Below, in pieces: positions 26,605 through 39,326 of a stretch of 64,000 nucleotides of DNA; positions within the stretch are counted from its first letter, which is position 1, and each line of letters starts with the position of its first letter. The position numbers were made by a program, and so were the translations under genes. This DNA is from Chiloscyllium plagiosum (lineage: Eukaryota): contig NC_057749.1 of assembly GCF_004010195.1 (NCBI RefSeq), positions 10,465,409 to 10,529,408 of the forward strand. Reading direction: 5' to 3'. The notes beneath the pieces are model-generated. The model was given only the letters and a program-made list of their open reading frames with translations. It did not search any database and was not told the DNA's origin.

Positions 26605-26930
26605 ATAGAATTCCTACAGTGTGGAAGAAAGGCATTCAGCCCATCGAGTCCACACCCACCCTCCAAAAAGCATCCCACCCAGACCCCCCAAAACCCTGCA
26701 ATCCTGCATTTCCCAAGTCTAATCCACCTAGCCTGCACATTTCGAGATACTTTGGGCTATTTAACATTGCTAATCCACTTAACCTGAACATGCTTGGACT
26801 GTGGAAGGAAACTAGAACAGCCAGAGGAAACCCAGACAGGTAAAGGGGAGAACATGCAAACTCCACAGTTGCCCAAGGCTGGATCGAACCTAGGTCCTTG
26901 GCACTATGAGGCAACAGTGCTAACCATTGA
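26605..26930 (-). mobile_element. HE1-like SINE (older)
   Basis: Reverse strand tggttagcactgttgcctcatagtgccaaggacctaggttcgatcc head. Confidence 0.7.
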
Positions 26931-27309
26931 GACTGTGATGTCTCAAAATCTCTTTTCAATATTCTTTTGTGTCACTAGCTAGCTTATTCTCATTTTTCAT
27001 CTTCTCCTCCTTATTGCTTATTTAGTTGTCCTCTGCTGGTGTTTAAACTCATTACAATCCTCTGGCTCGGACCAATCTTCACCACATTGTATGCATTTTC
27101 TTTACTTTTATTCTGTCCCTGACTTGCCTTTCTATTCACCTGTTCAGAGATGTTATTACACACCTCTAGAGCAGGGGGAATTGGACACAAGCCACTCCGT
27201 CTAGAAGTAGGAACACTACTAACTGCATCACAAGAGGGTCCCCGTCTTTTTTCTATATCTTTCTTATAATTCACAAATTCTAAATTTTAATTCAAGGATT
27301 AAATCAAAA

Positions 27310-27665
27310 ATTTATAAACTCATGAAAGGCATGGATAGGGCAAATACTTAAGGTCTTTTCTCTAGGGTGGAGAAGTCCAAAAATAGAGGGCATAGGTTTA
27401 AGCTGAGAGGGGAAAGATATAAAAGGGACCTATGGTGCAACTTTTTCATGAAGAGGCTGGTGCGTGTATGGAATGAGCTGCTAGAGGAAGTGGTGGAGGC
27501 TGGTACAATTGCAGCATTTAAAAGAAATCTGGATGGGTATATAAATAGGAAGGGTTTAGAGAGGTATGGCCCAAATGCTGCCAAATGGGACTAGATTTAT
27601 ATGATATCTGGTCAACATGGACGAGTTGGACAGTTTCCATGTTGTATATCTCTATGACTCTATGA
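27310..27665 (+). mobile_element. CR1 (HER1-like) 3' end
   Basis: RGHRFKLRGERY...VRVWNELLEEVVEAGT; ctctatgactctatga tail. Confidence 0.8.
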
Positions 27666-27914
27666 CTGCAACAAGGTAAGTAGAAAATATAATTGAAGAT
27701 TTCTAGTAATTTCGCACTAAGTATTCTAATCTTCAAAAGTTCCCAGCAGTCATTACAGTTGAATATGTGAAAAAGAGAATTAAAAATTAAAACAACATAC
27801 TCACATTTTTGATCGAAGGTCATATTCTTAAGAATAATAGAAATTACAAGTCTATGCATGTGTTAACAGTTAAGACAGCCAACATTGAGCTAAATTGGGT
27901 CATGACATACAATG

Positions 27915-28163
27915 TCAAAAAGTGTGGTGCTGGAAAAGCATAGCTGGTCAGGCAGCATCCGAGGAGCAGAAGAGTCGACGTTTCAAGCATAAGCCCTTCA
28001 TCTAGAATGTGAGCCGATTCCTGATGTAGCCACATTCCTGATGAAGAGTTTATGCTCGAAACATCGACACTCCTGCTCCTGTGATGCTGCCTGACTGGCT
28101 GTGCTTTTCCAGCACCATACATTTTGACTTTGATCTCCAGTATCTACAGTCCTCACTTTCTCC
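27915..28163. mobile_element. Palindromic Penelope pseudo-LTR with hammerhead core
   Basis: ~95-bp inverted arms; imperfect TSD tcatg..tacaatg; CTGATGA 28038-28044, GAAACATC 28058-28065. Confidence 0.8.
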
Positions 28164-28401
28164 TCATGCCTACAATGCATGTTTGCATATTTTACTGAAA
28201 ACGAATATTGGAATTTCTTTTATTATCAAAAATTTCAGCAAAATGTAACTGGCCTTTAATTGCAAGTTTTATGACAAATGGACACTCTAAAGTGTTTTAC
28301 ATGTAGTCCTTTCAATAACGCAAGTAATTATAGTATAATTTGCAACTTAAACAGCAAGAGTTTCTTTCATTGCAATATAGGATTAGACTGAAGAAACAAA
28401 C

Positions 28402-28502
28402 CTGCGCCCATTATTATGAATGTCTTGGTCTATTTTTTCCATTTCTGGGTGGTGACAGTTTGCAGATCTCTTCCTTTTTGAAGCATCTCCTCTCTCATGT
28501 GA
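28402..28502 (-). CDS. TERB2: TERB2 coding exon 5, variable linker (SHERGDASKRKRSANCHHPEMEKIDQDIHNNGR)
   Basis: 101 nt, cattag| and |gtttgt; open frame with phases 0 to 2 that bridge exons 4 and 6 exactly; low sequence conservation. Confidence 0.75.
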
Positions 28503-29057
28503 CTAATGTTAAAATTTAAAGTAACAAGGAGTCACAATCTGATGCAACAGTAACTATGTATCTAATGTGTGGCATTTTCATTGCCTATAAATGCAAATAT
28601 TTCTGAACCCATGCATATCTGTCTGCATTTGTGTATATGGTCCATCTGTATAAGTGTATACAAATACTTATTTGCATGTTCTTTCCCAGAAGCTAACTGC
28701 TGTCAGTTCAATTATAGTTGACAGTAAAATATTACGACAAGATGGAAAGCAAACAGAATGATGGAGCATGCTGGAATAGTATAGCAGTGACTCAATTCAA
28801 TAATTTGGCAGATCCAACATGGAGCTTCATTTGATAATTCACAAAATTACTGCCAATTACCTCCATCTATGACTCAATAGTCACGTCAAGCAAGGTCACA
28901 CATGTTTACAATCACTGCATGTATTCTTACAAGTGTCTAGGTTATGGGGGTCATTATTGGATTTTATTTAGAACACTGTGCATACCTATTTGAATACATC
29001 AATTAATTTCTACAGCACCTTAGAAACAAAACACAAAATGGAAGGAAATAACCTCAC

Positions 29058-29119
29058 CTGCTGAGGCTGTAAAGGATTGTCCAGCTCCCAAATGAAATTT
29101 CCAACAGCTGCTCGAATTT
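29058..29119 (-). CDS. TERB2: TERB2 coding exon 4 (EIRAAVGNFIWELDNPLQPQQ)
   Basis: 62 nt, tttcag| and |gtgag, phase 1 to 0; matches recalled human EIRRKIGSFIWEQD. Confidence 0.92.
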
Positions 29120-30705
29120 CTGAAATAATTAAGAACACAAAATACGCATGGAATAGTCCAAATATAGACATTATTTTGTCTTAAGCATGTGAAAAGTGGA
29201 AGTAATGAACACCACTTAGCCTATTCCTTTTACAGAATCATGCACATTTGACTCAATCATCCATTCAATCTCCAGGGGTTCTGTCACAATATTCCTTGAT
29301 GACAAATGCAACTGACCAAAAATTGCAGAATTCAACCTCATGTTCAACTTCAAATGAATCCCATGCCTAGTATGCTATTCCTGCTTGCTCAAATTTTACA
29401 AGCGATTCTGATGTTGCTCATAGATGTGAGGAGGGCTGCAGATGCTTAATTAAAAATAAAACTTTAAAAAGTACAAAAATAAATCAAGTAATATTGAGAA
29501 CAGAAACTCCAAAGTAACTTTTATTCTCCATCTAGTACTCCACCAGTACATTTTTTCAGTTTCCACACAACATTACTTATTGGTTGGGTCCTGTCACAGG
29601 CTGGTAACCTACTCTGAAGCTTTGATCAATGCTATAGTCTAACTGGATGAAAAGAGGAGGAGTTTTTAAAAAATGCAGCTGTGTTTAAAACAAATATTTC
29701 ATATCATTAACTAAGTAGATTTCTTTTGCTTCTCATCAGATGGGATTGCAGGAAGAGAAGCACTTAGAGGCAAGGGCATGGGCAAGGAGGTAGCTTCCAC
29801 AGGTCAACCCTTGCCCCCTATCCTTGATTCTAACTGACCCCAGATTGGGTAGCAAATGGCTCCAACTTGGAGTAACCTAATTCCCCACCTGCTCAAGTGC
29901 TGAATAACTGGGATAGTTGTAAGCAGTGGCCCATAAGCGAACATTAATTGATCACTCAAGGATTTTTAATTGCTGGCACGTTGAGAAAATGTCAACTGAA
30001 TCTTCTTGCCTTGTATTTAACTGAAGTGGCATGATACAGGCAAGTATCTCTCCAGAGACACATTATTCTGTTATTTCCCTTATCCCCACTTTCAAGGGGG
30101 GAATATTCTGTCCCATATCACTATGACTACGGCCTGTTGCCTTCCATTACTCCCCAGTTAACCTGAAAGACTAAAATCTAAAGGATGGAAATATTGCTTA
30201 TAAGTTGCATCAAATTTGACTTCACGTAAAAGATGCATGAAACTAAAGAGTTACACTTTCCCCTTTCCAAAAGCACATTTAAATTATAATGCCATTAAAC
30301 CTTCTGAGCAGAAAAAGCTCATTAAAAACATAACCCCTTGGGGCTATTTTTGATGTGGATTAACATCTTTACACATGATCACCAACAGCAATGTTATTTT
30401 GTTTGAGTTCTACTCTCACCTAACTACTGTCGTCAGACCAAATTCCTACTAAGTTTGCCACCTCCTACACCCAGTGGTCTTTACATTTCTGTTGAGAAAA
30501 GTAATCATTCCATAGGTGTGGTAAGGCATTATTTTATCCAAAGCAGGCGTTCCCTATATTGTCCTATTTTAGTCCCATCTAAGATTTTCCTGTGGGCTCT
30601 TAAAGTTAAGCCAGACATACAACTCTACAATAACTTCACACAATTGCCAATGATGAAACCAATGTCTAAAAGATTAATTGTATCTCTTATCTGCTTCGCA
30701 CTAAC

Positions 30706-30845
30706 CTTCATGAAGGCAGGATGGGGGAAGCAGAAAGTGACCCATAGCTACACTATCATTGAGCCCAGAGTCTTCACATGCCGAAAGATAACTAGCATGA
30801 AAAACTGTAGCCTTGTCCTCCACAAAATCCAAACTCTCAAAGATT
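30706..30845 (-). CDS. TERB2: TERB2 coding exon 3 (IFESLDFVEDKATVFHASYLSACEDSGLNDSVAMGHFLLPPSCLHE)
   Basis: 140 nt, ttttag| and |gttag, phase 2 to 1; matches recalled human IYQSLDYIEDNATVFHAYYLSA...SVALGHFILPPACLQK. Confidence 0.94.
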
Positions 30846-32189
30846 CTAAAAGATAAAACAAAATTCATAAGGCCATGAAGCTGAATTGCATTTAAACTAA
30901 AAGCTGAGCCAAGAAGTAACTAATTATGTAAATATTCTTGTTCCATGAACCTTTTCAAAACGCTGTTTAGCAATTTTAAGATCTACAACGCATCAGTAAG
31001 TTTCTCTGGACCAAACTAAAATCTAATAGTTATGAATTGTCTATAAAAGTTAAATGTTCATATACCATCTGAGGAGTTTCTGGCCATATCCTAGCAAAAC
31101 GTAAGGATATAGTAATAGGGAGCAGTGTTATCCCAGCTGATGTTACGACTGGACAGGTCAGATCCCAAACTGAAACCTGGCTTGATAACCTTTTTTTTAT
31201 TTAAAAATGTTGTTCTTCACTGAAACACACGCACACATTTTTGCAGATTTTATGAATGAATGATTTATTGTCACATATATCTCAGGAGATACAGTGAAAA
31301 TGCCCTGTCACCACAATCCGGCTCCATTTTGGGATACAGAAAAATAAAAGGAAGTACTTAAATAGAGTTCATCTTCATTGGCCAGGGACTCAAACACGGC
31401 TCCAGACTGCTAGATGTTTCCTGTTTTGGGCCTACTGCAGCATGGAACCCCCACTCTGGACACCGACACTGTTGCTGTTGATGACTTGCCATTGCCGGAA
31501 GAGTCCATACTCTGGGCCTATTGTAGTCCCCACTCAACTATCACTGCAGCCAATGCCCTGCTGCCATTCCAGGAGTCCACACATCGGGCCTACGAAGGCA
31601 GGAATCCTTGCGACACTTAACTGTCCTCCCCACAACGTCAGGAAGATGAAGAAAAAGAACAGAAAAAGAAAAAGAAAAAAAGACGAAAAGCAGAGAGATA
31701 TAAAGAATGCGGCTGGCCTGAAGCGGACAGGCTCAGCCCAAACACTACCTACCGTGCCAGCTCTACTGTCTTGGACAATAATAATAACAATGATAAAGAA
31801 GTTTATTACAAATGAGAAAGGAAGATAAAATAGAACAAATCATGCTATACATAATATATATAAAACATATAATACATAAATTGAAAAATTTGGGAACAGC
31901 CTAAAAATGCAATTACATATATCGTAAAACCCGCATGTTACAGTACTCCAACACCAGAGGGAAGCAACTTTGTTATCACATCTTTAGTTTTTAACGTAGC
32001 TGTTTCTTTCAATTCTTAGTCTTAAGAATGTGACAGCCTCTTCCTTGATTGGACACATGTTTCGATGTTTTTCAACTTGAAATAACCATACACTTCATAT
32101 AGAGTCATAGAGATGTACAGCACGGAAACAGACCCTTCGGTCCAACCCATCCATGAATACCAGATATCCCAACCCAATCTAGTCCCACC

Positions 32190-33575
32190 AACGAGCCACC
32201 ACACACTGCAGCACAGACGAAATTCGGAAAACAGAGGAGAACCACCTATACAACGTATTCCAGAAGAACTGATACTCAAAAAATACAGTCCGCAGATTCC
32301 TCAAGAACAAACCACAACAAGCAGACCAAACACAGCCATGAACCCTAACCACCTTACCATACATCAAAGGAGTTTCAGAAATGATAGCCAGACAACTAAG
32401 ACCCCTCAGAATCCTAGTAAGACCATAAGACATAGGATGGAAGTAAGGCCATTCGGCCCATCGAGTCCACTCCGCCATTTAATCATGGCTGATGGGCATT
32501 TCAACTCCACTTACCCGTCATTCTCCCCGTAGCCCTTAATTCCTTGTGACATCAAGAATTTATCAATCTCTGCCTTGAAGACATTTAGCGTCCCGGCCTC
32601 CACTGCACTCCGCGGCAATGAATTCCACAGGCCCACCACTCTCCGGCTGAAGAAATGTCTCCGCATTTCTGTTTTGAATTGACCCCCTCTAATTTTAAGG
32701 CTGTGCCCACGGGTCCTAGTCTCCCTGCCTGACGGAAACAATTTCTTAGCGTCCACCCTTTCCAAGCCATGTATTATCTTGTAAGTTTCTATTAGATCTC
32801 CCCTTAACCTTCTAAACTCCAATGAGTACAATCCCAGGATCCTCAGCCGTTCCTCATATGTTAGACCTACCATTCCAGGGAACATGGGTGTGAATCTCAG
32901 CTGGACACAGTCCAGTGCCAGTATGTCCCTCCTGAGGTGTGGGGCCCAAAACTGGACACAGTACTCCAAATGGGGTCTAACCAGAGCTTTAGTAGCACAC
33001 AAACCCACCAACACTTTCAAACAAAAACTAATAAACTTAAAAGACCTAGTATAACTCATGGACAAAACCAACGGCATCTACAAAATTCCATGCAAGGACT
33101 GCCACAAACACTACATAGGGCAAACAGGAAGAAAGTTAGCCACCAGAATACACGAACACCAGCTAGCCACAAAAAGACACAACCCTCTCTCCCTTGAAGC
33201 CCTACACACGGATGAAAAAAAACCACCATTTCGGCTGGGACAACACATCTATCCTGGGACAGGCTAAGCAAAGACATGCCAGAGAATTCCTAGAGGCCTG
33301 GCACTCCAACCACAACGCCATAAACAAACACATAGATCTAGATACCATCTATCAACCCCTCAGAAAATGAACAGGAAATGACATCACTACAAACCCCATC
33401 CAGGACAAACATATAAATAGAAAGCAGGAGACAACAGCTTTGCTTCACTTGGAGGTCGCCACTGATGATGTTACCTAGCCAGGTAATGAAACTTCTGAAT
33501 ATCAAACCTACAGCTCAGTGAGCAAACCTACACCCTAAACCTCAACTTGAGCTACAAACCTTCACAAACCTTGCA
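32190..33575 (+). mobile_element. Penelope (Poseidon-like) element with GIY-YIG domain, inserted in a minus-strand CR1 tail (32100-33695)
   Basis: NGIYKIPCKDCHKHYIGQTGRKLATRIHEHQ; TSD CTAGTCCCACC (32179-32189 and 33576-33586); CTGATGA 33462-33468, GAAA 33488-33491. Confidence 0.88.
32420..32989 (-). mobile_element. Young CR1 3' end nested inside the Penelope element
   Basis: Uninterrupted KALVRPHLEYCVQFWAPHLRRDILAL...RRVVGLWNSLP frame; short TAGTA duplication (32415-32419 and 32990-32994). Confidence 0.88.
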
Positions 33576-35573
33576 CTAGTCCCACCTGCCAGCACCCAGC
33601 CTGTATCCCTCCAAACCCTTCCTATTCATACACCCATCCAAATGCCTTTTAAATGTTGCAATTGTACCAGCCTCCACCACTTCCTCTGGTAGCTCTGAAA
33701 CTTTCAAACTAAAAACTTTTGTTTTAACACAGATAACAAGTCAGACTAAATCATACTTGCTAATACTCAATATTGTGAAATTAAAATATTGCAGCATTGT
33801 TCCTAACCAGACTTTTAGAATAACAGATCTCAAACATCAAGCATATAGTTTAAACGGAAATTAACGACTTATTATTACTGTATCTTAGAAGAGCAAACAA
33901 CAATCTAATTAATGTCTATGATTGATTCAATTCCAATCTTCTTTTATTGTAATCTCAATCTCTCTAATGTATATATCTATCACACAGAGACAGACAGACA
34001 GACAAAGTTAAAGGATAAATTAAACGACAGTTAGGAGTTGTTTAATTTGGGATCATGGTCAGCATGGACTGGTTGTTTCCATGCTCTATGATGCTAAGAG
34101 TCGTAACTGGCCAGTTTGATAACCATTTCAATAATGAGTATGATGCTTTTATAAAACTCCTGGAACATTGCATTGATTTACAGGCACGAGATTGTATTTT
34201 GCTTGAATTCTGAAGTCATCAGTCAATGAAAGCAGTTTGCAGTAAGTTCCAAGGAATATCCCTTGGATTCTTTTCTCGAAACATTAAATCATTCTTTAAC
34301 CAGAGGATGACTAAAGAGCACAAAACTCTGTCCAGCAGGTTTCATAGCCATATAGCTTTTTGCCCAAAAGTAAATTCAAACAATGGTTTTTCTTTCTTTT
34401 TTAATGATCTTTGTGATTGCCTAGCCAGCATGATTCTGTCCTTAATTAACCTCAATATTCAACTTGCTGCCAGTCCTTCAATGTAGCATGTCCCTGTGCC
34501 CAAGTATCTGCCATGTTCTTAGGACAACAACAAACCAGCGATGAACTTTCCAGGCCAGTTACAGTCATAGAGTCCTACAGCACGGAGACAGGGCCTTTGG
34601 TTCAAAACTGGTCCATGCCAACTAAAATGTCAAACAACGCTGACCCCATTTCCCCGCACTTGGCACATACCCTTCTAAGCCTTTCCTATCCATGTTTTGT
34701 TCAAATTCTTTTTAAATATTGCTAGTGTTCCCACCTCAACCGCTCGCAGCTCATTCCATAAGTGTACCAACCTCAGTGTTCCCATAAAGAAATATCAGCT
34801 TGTTTTCCGTGTTTTATAAACAAGCGGTTGTTCAAAGTTTACTTCTCAACTTCGGTTTGCAGTTTCAAATCGAAAATAAGAAAAGATGTAATTAAATAAT
34901 GAAGATCTCAACATATTGAAATAACATATTTCTTAATCTCTCTGAAGTAGCTCCTTATTCGAGAGGAAACTGTTTCATATATATAATTTTAACCAACAGT
35001 CATGTGAACTAAAACTAGAAACTTTCCAGGCTTAGAGGTTTCCCCTAAGCAAAAAACAAATTCCTGATCCTTCTATAGGAAAAGCAAGCTAATGCTTCTC
35101 AATGTTTATTCTGTCTGCTAATAAAACTCTCCCAATACCACCATATTTTCACCCCAGGATGCCCTCTCTCAGACTAGTTTAAAATAAAAATCATGGCTCC
35201 AGAAATACTGATGAGTTGATCATTAAACTCCCTAACACATTAAACCAAACACACATGCCACTAGTTCAAAATCCTAATTTTTACCACTATCTTTTACATT
35301 TTGACACTGATACTGATTTCCTTCCACTGGGCAGAGAAATTTCTGACAAGTTCGCTGAAATGTCTTAATTAGTTTGTGCATGTGGATTGGCTGCTGCTTC
35401 CTACAAAGTGAGCTCTGCGGTCATATCTTCATGCTGGGATCACCACAGTTATTATTATAGTCTTGTATCATTCACTCACATTTTAAATTATTTTATTCTA
35501 TTTAAGAGTGCAGCTATTAATTTGTATTATTTAACTTTAAAAATGTAACTATACAAATTCTATTGCTTTATAC

Positions 35574-35655
35574 CTTTGTGTGTCAGGATGAGCAGCATCA
35601 TTGCTAAATAAGAAATCGGCTGAACACCAGTTTGTGATGATTCCACCTTCAGTTA
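35574..35655 (-). CDS. TERB2: TERB2 coding exon 2 (VTEGGIITNWCSADFLFSNDAAHPDTQR)
   Basis: 82 nt, ctgcag| and |gtataa, phase 1 to 2; matches recalled human VAEGGTISDPRAADFLFSCDASHPDTLR. Confidence 0.93.
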
Positions 35656-37418
35656 CTGCAGGAGCAATTACAGAAACCATGTATTAAAATTATCAAATGT
35701 TTACAAATGTGTTTTACTCTAATCACTGCAAGGAATGCAAGCTATTTAAGCAACAAAAGTTGAAATACATTCAAATCTTATTCGTGAAATACAAACTTAC
35801 CACTAATAAGGTAGACGTCTCAGCTAAGAATACAGAATTTGCAAAAACTTCTACTTATAGTTTTATATTATCATCTCTATAAACAAGTATGGCTAATAAA
35901 CACCAATAGAATTTGTATAGTAATGATCATAGCAATTTATAATTATTGGTTTGCATGAATAAAACAAAACTATATAGCAGACTTTTCAATGGGTCAAAAA
36001 TAATAAGAACTAAGTATCCTAGAAACAAGATCAAGAATATATAATGCAGTCCATCAAGCTGATTCTGCCAATCAATGTCAAGGGTGCATTTCCACACCAA
36101 CTCCAATTTTCTATTCTATTTCCAGGTCCTACAACTCCCCTATTGACCATAACATAATCAATGACTATGAATCCCAAAGATTCATAACCCTTTGAGTGAA
36201 GAAATTTCTCCTCATCTCAGCTCAAAATGACAGACACTTTATCACAGAATTATTACAGTGCAGAAAGAAACTATTCAGCCCATCATGTCTGAGTTGGCTT
36301 TCTATAAGAGCAACTTATCAAAATACAACTCACCAACTTATTTCTCATAGCCTGCAAATGTTTCCTTTTCAGATAATTATCCAATTCTCTTTCAAAGACT
36401 TGACTGAGTTATGTCCACAATCTTCTCAGACAGTATGGTGCACATTCCAGACAAGAAGCAGTCACTGCATAAAGTGATTTTCCTCATGTCATCTTTGCTT
36501 CTTTTGTAATGCACCTTAAATCTGTGTCCCCTGGTTCTCAATGGCTGGGAACAATTTTTCTCTATCTACGCTGCCAAACCCAACAAGACCTGCACTAGCT
36601 CAGTCACATTCATTTGATGGATAAGGGCCATATAATCAAAGATTGCCTATGTAGTGAAAATGACCACTGGGTCAAGACTTCTTGGCCATCCATACCTGTG
36701 CTACAAGGATTCCGAAATGCAATGAAGATGGGGAAAACGGACTCTGACAACTGGATCATAGTTGCTGACAGCTATGATCTTTGGAGTCTGACTGTTTGGA
36801 ATTGCATTGGAAGGGATGAGCAGAAATGGAAAGCTCAGCTGTCTGTGAAGATGATCCAAGAGATAACAGAGGTCAGTGAATTTAGCGCTGCTTTGTTATG
36901 CCACATGATCAGTATGCCTTTAAGAGACAATCATAATATCATCACTGTATCATAGCATCTGACCTGAAGGCATATATAAAGATCTCTAAATCTCTTACCT
37001 CAGATCACTTGAAACATGAACTCGACTGGAAGTTTGCTCCTCAGTTGTGAACTTAAAACTTAATATTAGCCCAGACACTCTTGTGCCTGAGGAAGATAAC
37101 GTTTGTAAATAATAGCTACTAATAAATGACTTTGGATTCTTCAATACCACAATGTCCACGTCTAGTTTTTTTGTGCTGCAGGACAATATATGCATTGCTG
37201 CATTCAAGTAAAACACCCTTCTGGATGCTATGTGCACCTTCTCTGCCACACATTAAAAACATTTAATCAATTCTTGGTGTTGTCAGATGATTCGTTAACT
37301 CATTGGTTGGCTGGATGGCTGGCTTGTGATGCAGAGTGATGCCAATAGTGCAAGTTTGTTTCTTCTACCGACTGAGGTTACCATGAAGGTCCCCCCTCTC
37401 AACCTTTGCCTGAGACTT

Positions 37419-38098
37419 TGTATTATGAAGATGCAGAAGTGTACTATACCTTTAAGAGAGTGAAAGACTTGGCAAGCACACCTAGTGCTGGAGAATTTAC
37501 AATGTAATATTTGATTCAGAACAGATAGCACTGGCTGAGTTGCTATGAGACAAAAACAAATTCAAATTCAGCCAATCAGTTTAAATTGTACCCCGAAAAT
37601 ACCAAGTTTCAATCATGTTTGAATTGAGAATGTTGACAATCTTAAAAGCCAACGATGCTTTTGGGGTATAAGACTGGGGAAAATTGAACAGTTGAGAGGA
37701 GAACTGCCAAGCGACCAGCATGTAAAGACTGCCCGAAAAATAGCTCTCTTAAAGGTACCTTTATCGATCAGTAACCTGTGAAGCAGAATCCCCAAGATGA
37801 AAAGAACACCAGAATACAGAGAAGAACCGAAAGCTGCCTGGTTTTGAGATAAGAAGTTTTGTTTTGTCAATCTTAATCGGGACTAGTATTTTAGAGGGGA
37901 AAGTAAAAGATAGGTTAGAGGAAGGAGTTGTAAATAGTTGTTAGTTAATTATTCTCTGTTATACTTTAAGAAATAAAGTTGTTAATTTTTACTTCAAATA
38001 GTTCTTAGTCTCTCAAATTTTCACAGATTACTATACAGGATAAATCTTTTCTGTGTTGCTGCTTTAAATTAAGCAGGAGTGTTTACTCTGTGTTGTAA
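37419..38098 (+). repeat. Probable solo LTR inserted in a SINE within TERB2 coding intron 1
   Basis: SINE halves 37300-37415 and 38100-38185 rejoin when it is removed; TG start, AATAAA near 37972, possible ACTT duplication. Confidence 0.6.
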
Positions 38099-38499
38099 AC
38101 TTGGTGACCTTCAGGTTAAATCACCACCAGTCGTCTCTCCAATGAGAGAGTTGCCCTATGGTCCTCTGGGACTATGGTGACTTTAGTTTTCTATGTTTAA
38201 CATTGCAGAAATCAAACTGTGTTTGTGAAGATTGTTCCAAATATTGCCTACAGCTTCTACTCATCTCTGAATGTTTAGCAATTTAGATAGATTCACTGCC
38301 CTTTCAATGTTCATTACAATGCTCTTTGATCTGCCACATTTATACCTGACTGATTTTCCACATTTTCTTGCTGCCAAGATTGGAAACAAGATTGTAGTGA
38401 ACTGAACACCCATCAATAATATTAATTTTGAATCTAGAAATGCAAGAAACTAGTTGACTAAAAATCAATTTTGAATTAAAAAGTACAGTATATACATAC

Positions 38500-38563
38500 C
38501 CCAAAGATCACAAATGTGTCTGCTTACACTTTCAGAAAACCAGGCTTTCTTATTCTTGTGCAT
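38500..38563 (-). CDS. TERB2: TERB2 coding exon 1 (MHKNKKAWFSESVSRHICDLW)
   Basis: ATG at 38563-38561; 64 nt; ends tgg g|gtatgt (phase 1). Resembles the recalled human TERB2 N-terminus MFQGQRGWFCGSVSQDLRQFW. An upstream acceptor (gaacag, ~38584) implies a non-coding first exon. Confidence 0.9.
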
Positions 38564-38599
38564 CTTAAATCAGAGCCTTTAACCTGTTCACTGAAACAG

Positions 38600-38826
38600 A
38601 GAGGAAAAAGTGAGGTCTGCAGATGCTGGAGATCAGAGCTGAAAATGTGTTGCTGGAAAAGCGCAGCAGGTCAGGCAGCATCCAGGGAACAGGAGAATCG
38701 ATGTTTCGGGCATAAGCCCTTCTTCAGGAAGGCTTCTTCCTGAAGAAGGGCTTATGCCCGAAACGTCGATTCTCCTGTTCCCTGGATGCTGCCTGACCTG
38801 CTGCACTTTTCCAGCAACACATTTTC
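38600..38826. mobile_element. Young palindromic Penelope pseudo-LTR with hammerhead cores on both strands, just upstream of TERB2 coding exon 1
   Basis: Near-perfect ~90-bp arms 38641-38730 and 38737-38826; plus core 38740-38767; minus core 38700-38727; truncated by a gap. Confidence 0.85.
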
Positions 38827-39326
38827 NNNNNNNNNNNNNNNNNNNNNNNNNNNNNNNNNNNNNNNNNNNNNNNNNNNNNNNNNNNNNNNNNNNNNNNNNN
38901 NNNNNNNNNNNNNNNNNNNNNNNNNNNNNNNNNNNNNNNNNNNNNNNNNNNNNNNNNNNNNNNNNNNNNNNNNNNNNNNNNNNNNNNNNNNNNNNNNNNN
39001 NNNNNNNNNNNNNNNNNNNNNNNNNNNNNNNNNNNNNNNNNNNNNNNNNNNNNNNNNNNNNNNNNNNNNNNNNNNNNNNNNNNNNNNNNNNNNNNNNNNN
39101 NNNNNNNNNNNNNNNNNNNNNNNNNNNNNNNNNNNNNNNNNNNNNNNNNNNNNNNNNNNNNNNNNNNNNNNNNNNNNNNNNNNNNNNNNNNNNNNNNNNN
39201 NNNNNNNNNNNNNNNNNNNNNNNNNNNNNNNNNNNNNNNNNNNNNNNNNNNNNNNNNNNNNNNNNNNNNNNNNNNNNNNNNNNNNNNNNNNNNNNNNNNN
39301 NNNNNNNNNNNNNNNNNNNNNNNNNN
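38827..39326. other. Assembly gap (500 N); other gaps at 15526-15574, 20174-20240 and 46119-46229
   Basis: Runs of n; all four lie in or next to young repeats. Confidence 0.99.

Noticed and set aside
30716..30735. Suspected frameshift in TERB2 exon 3
   Set aside because: Recount shows five G on the plus strand, giving LLPPSCLHE in frame.
36999..37175. 177-nt GT-AG-flanked exon-like segment in TERB2 coding intron 1
   Set aside because: Exons 1 and 2 already join in frame with continuous homology; in the TERB2 frame this segment hits TAG within five codons and resembles no protein I recognise.
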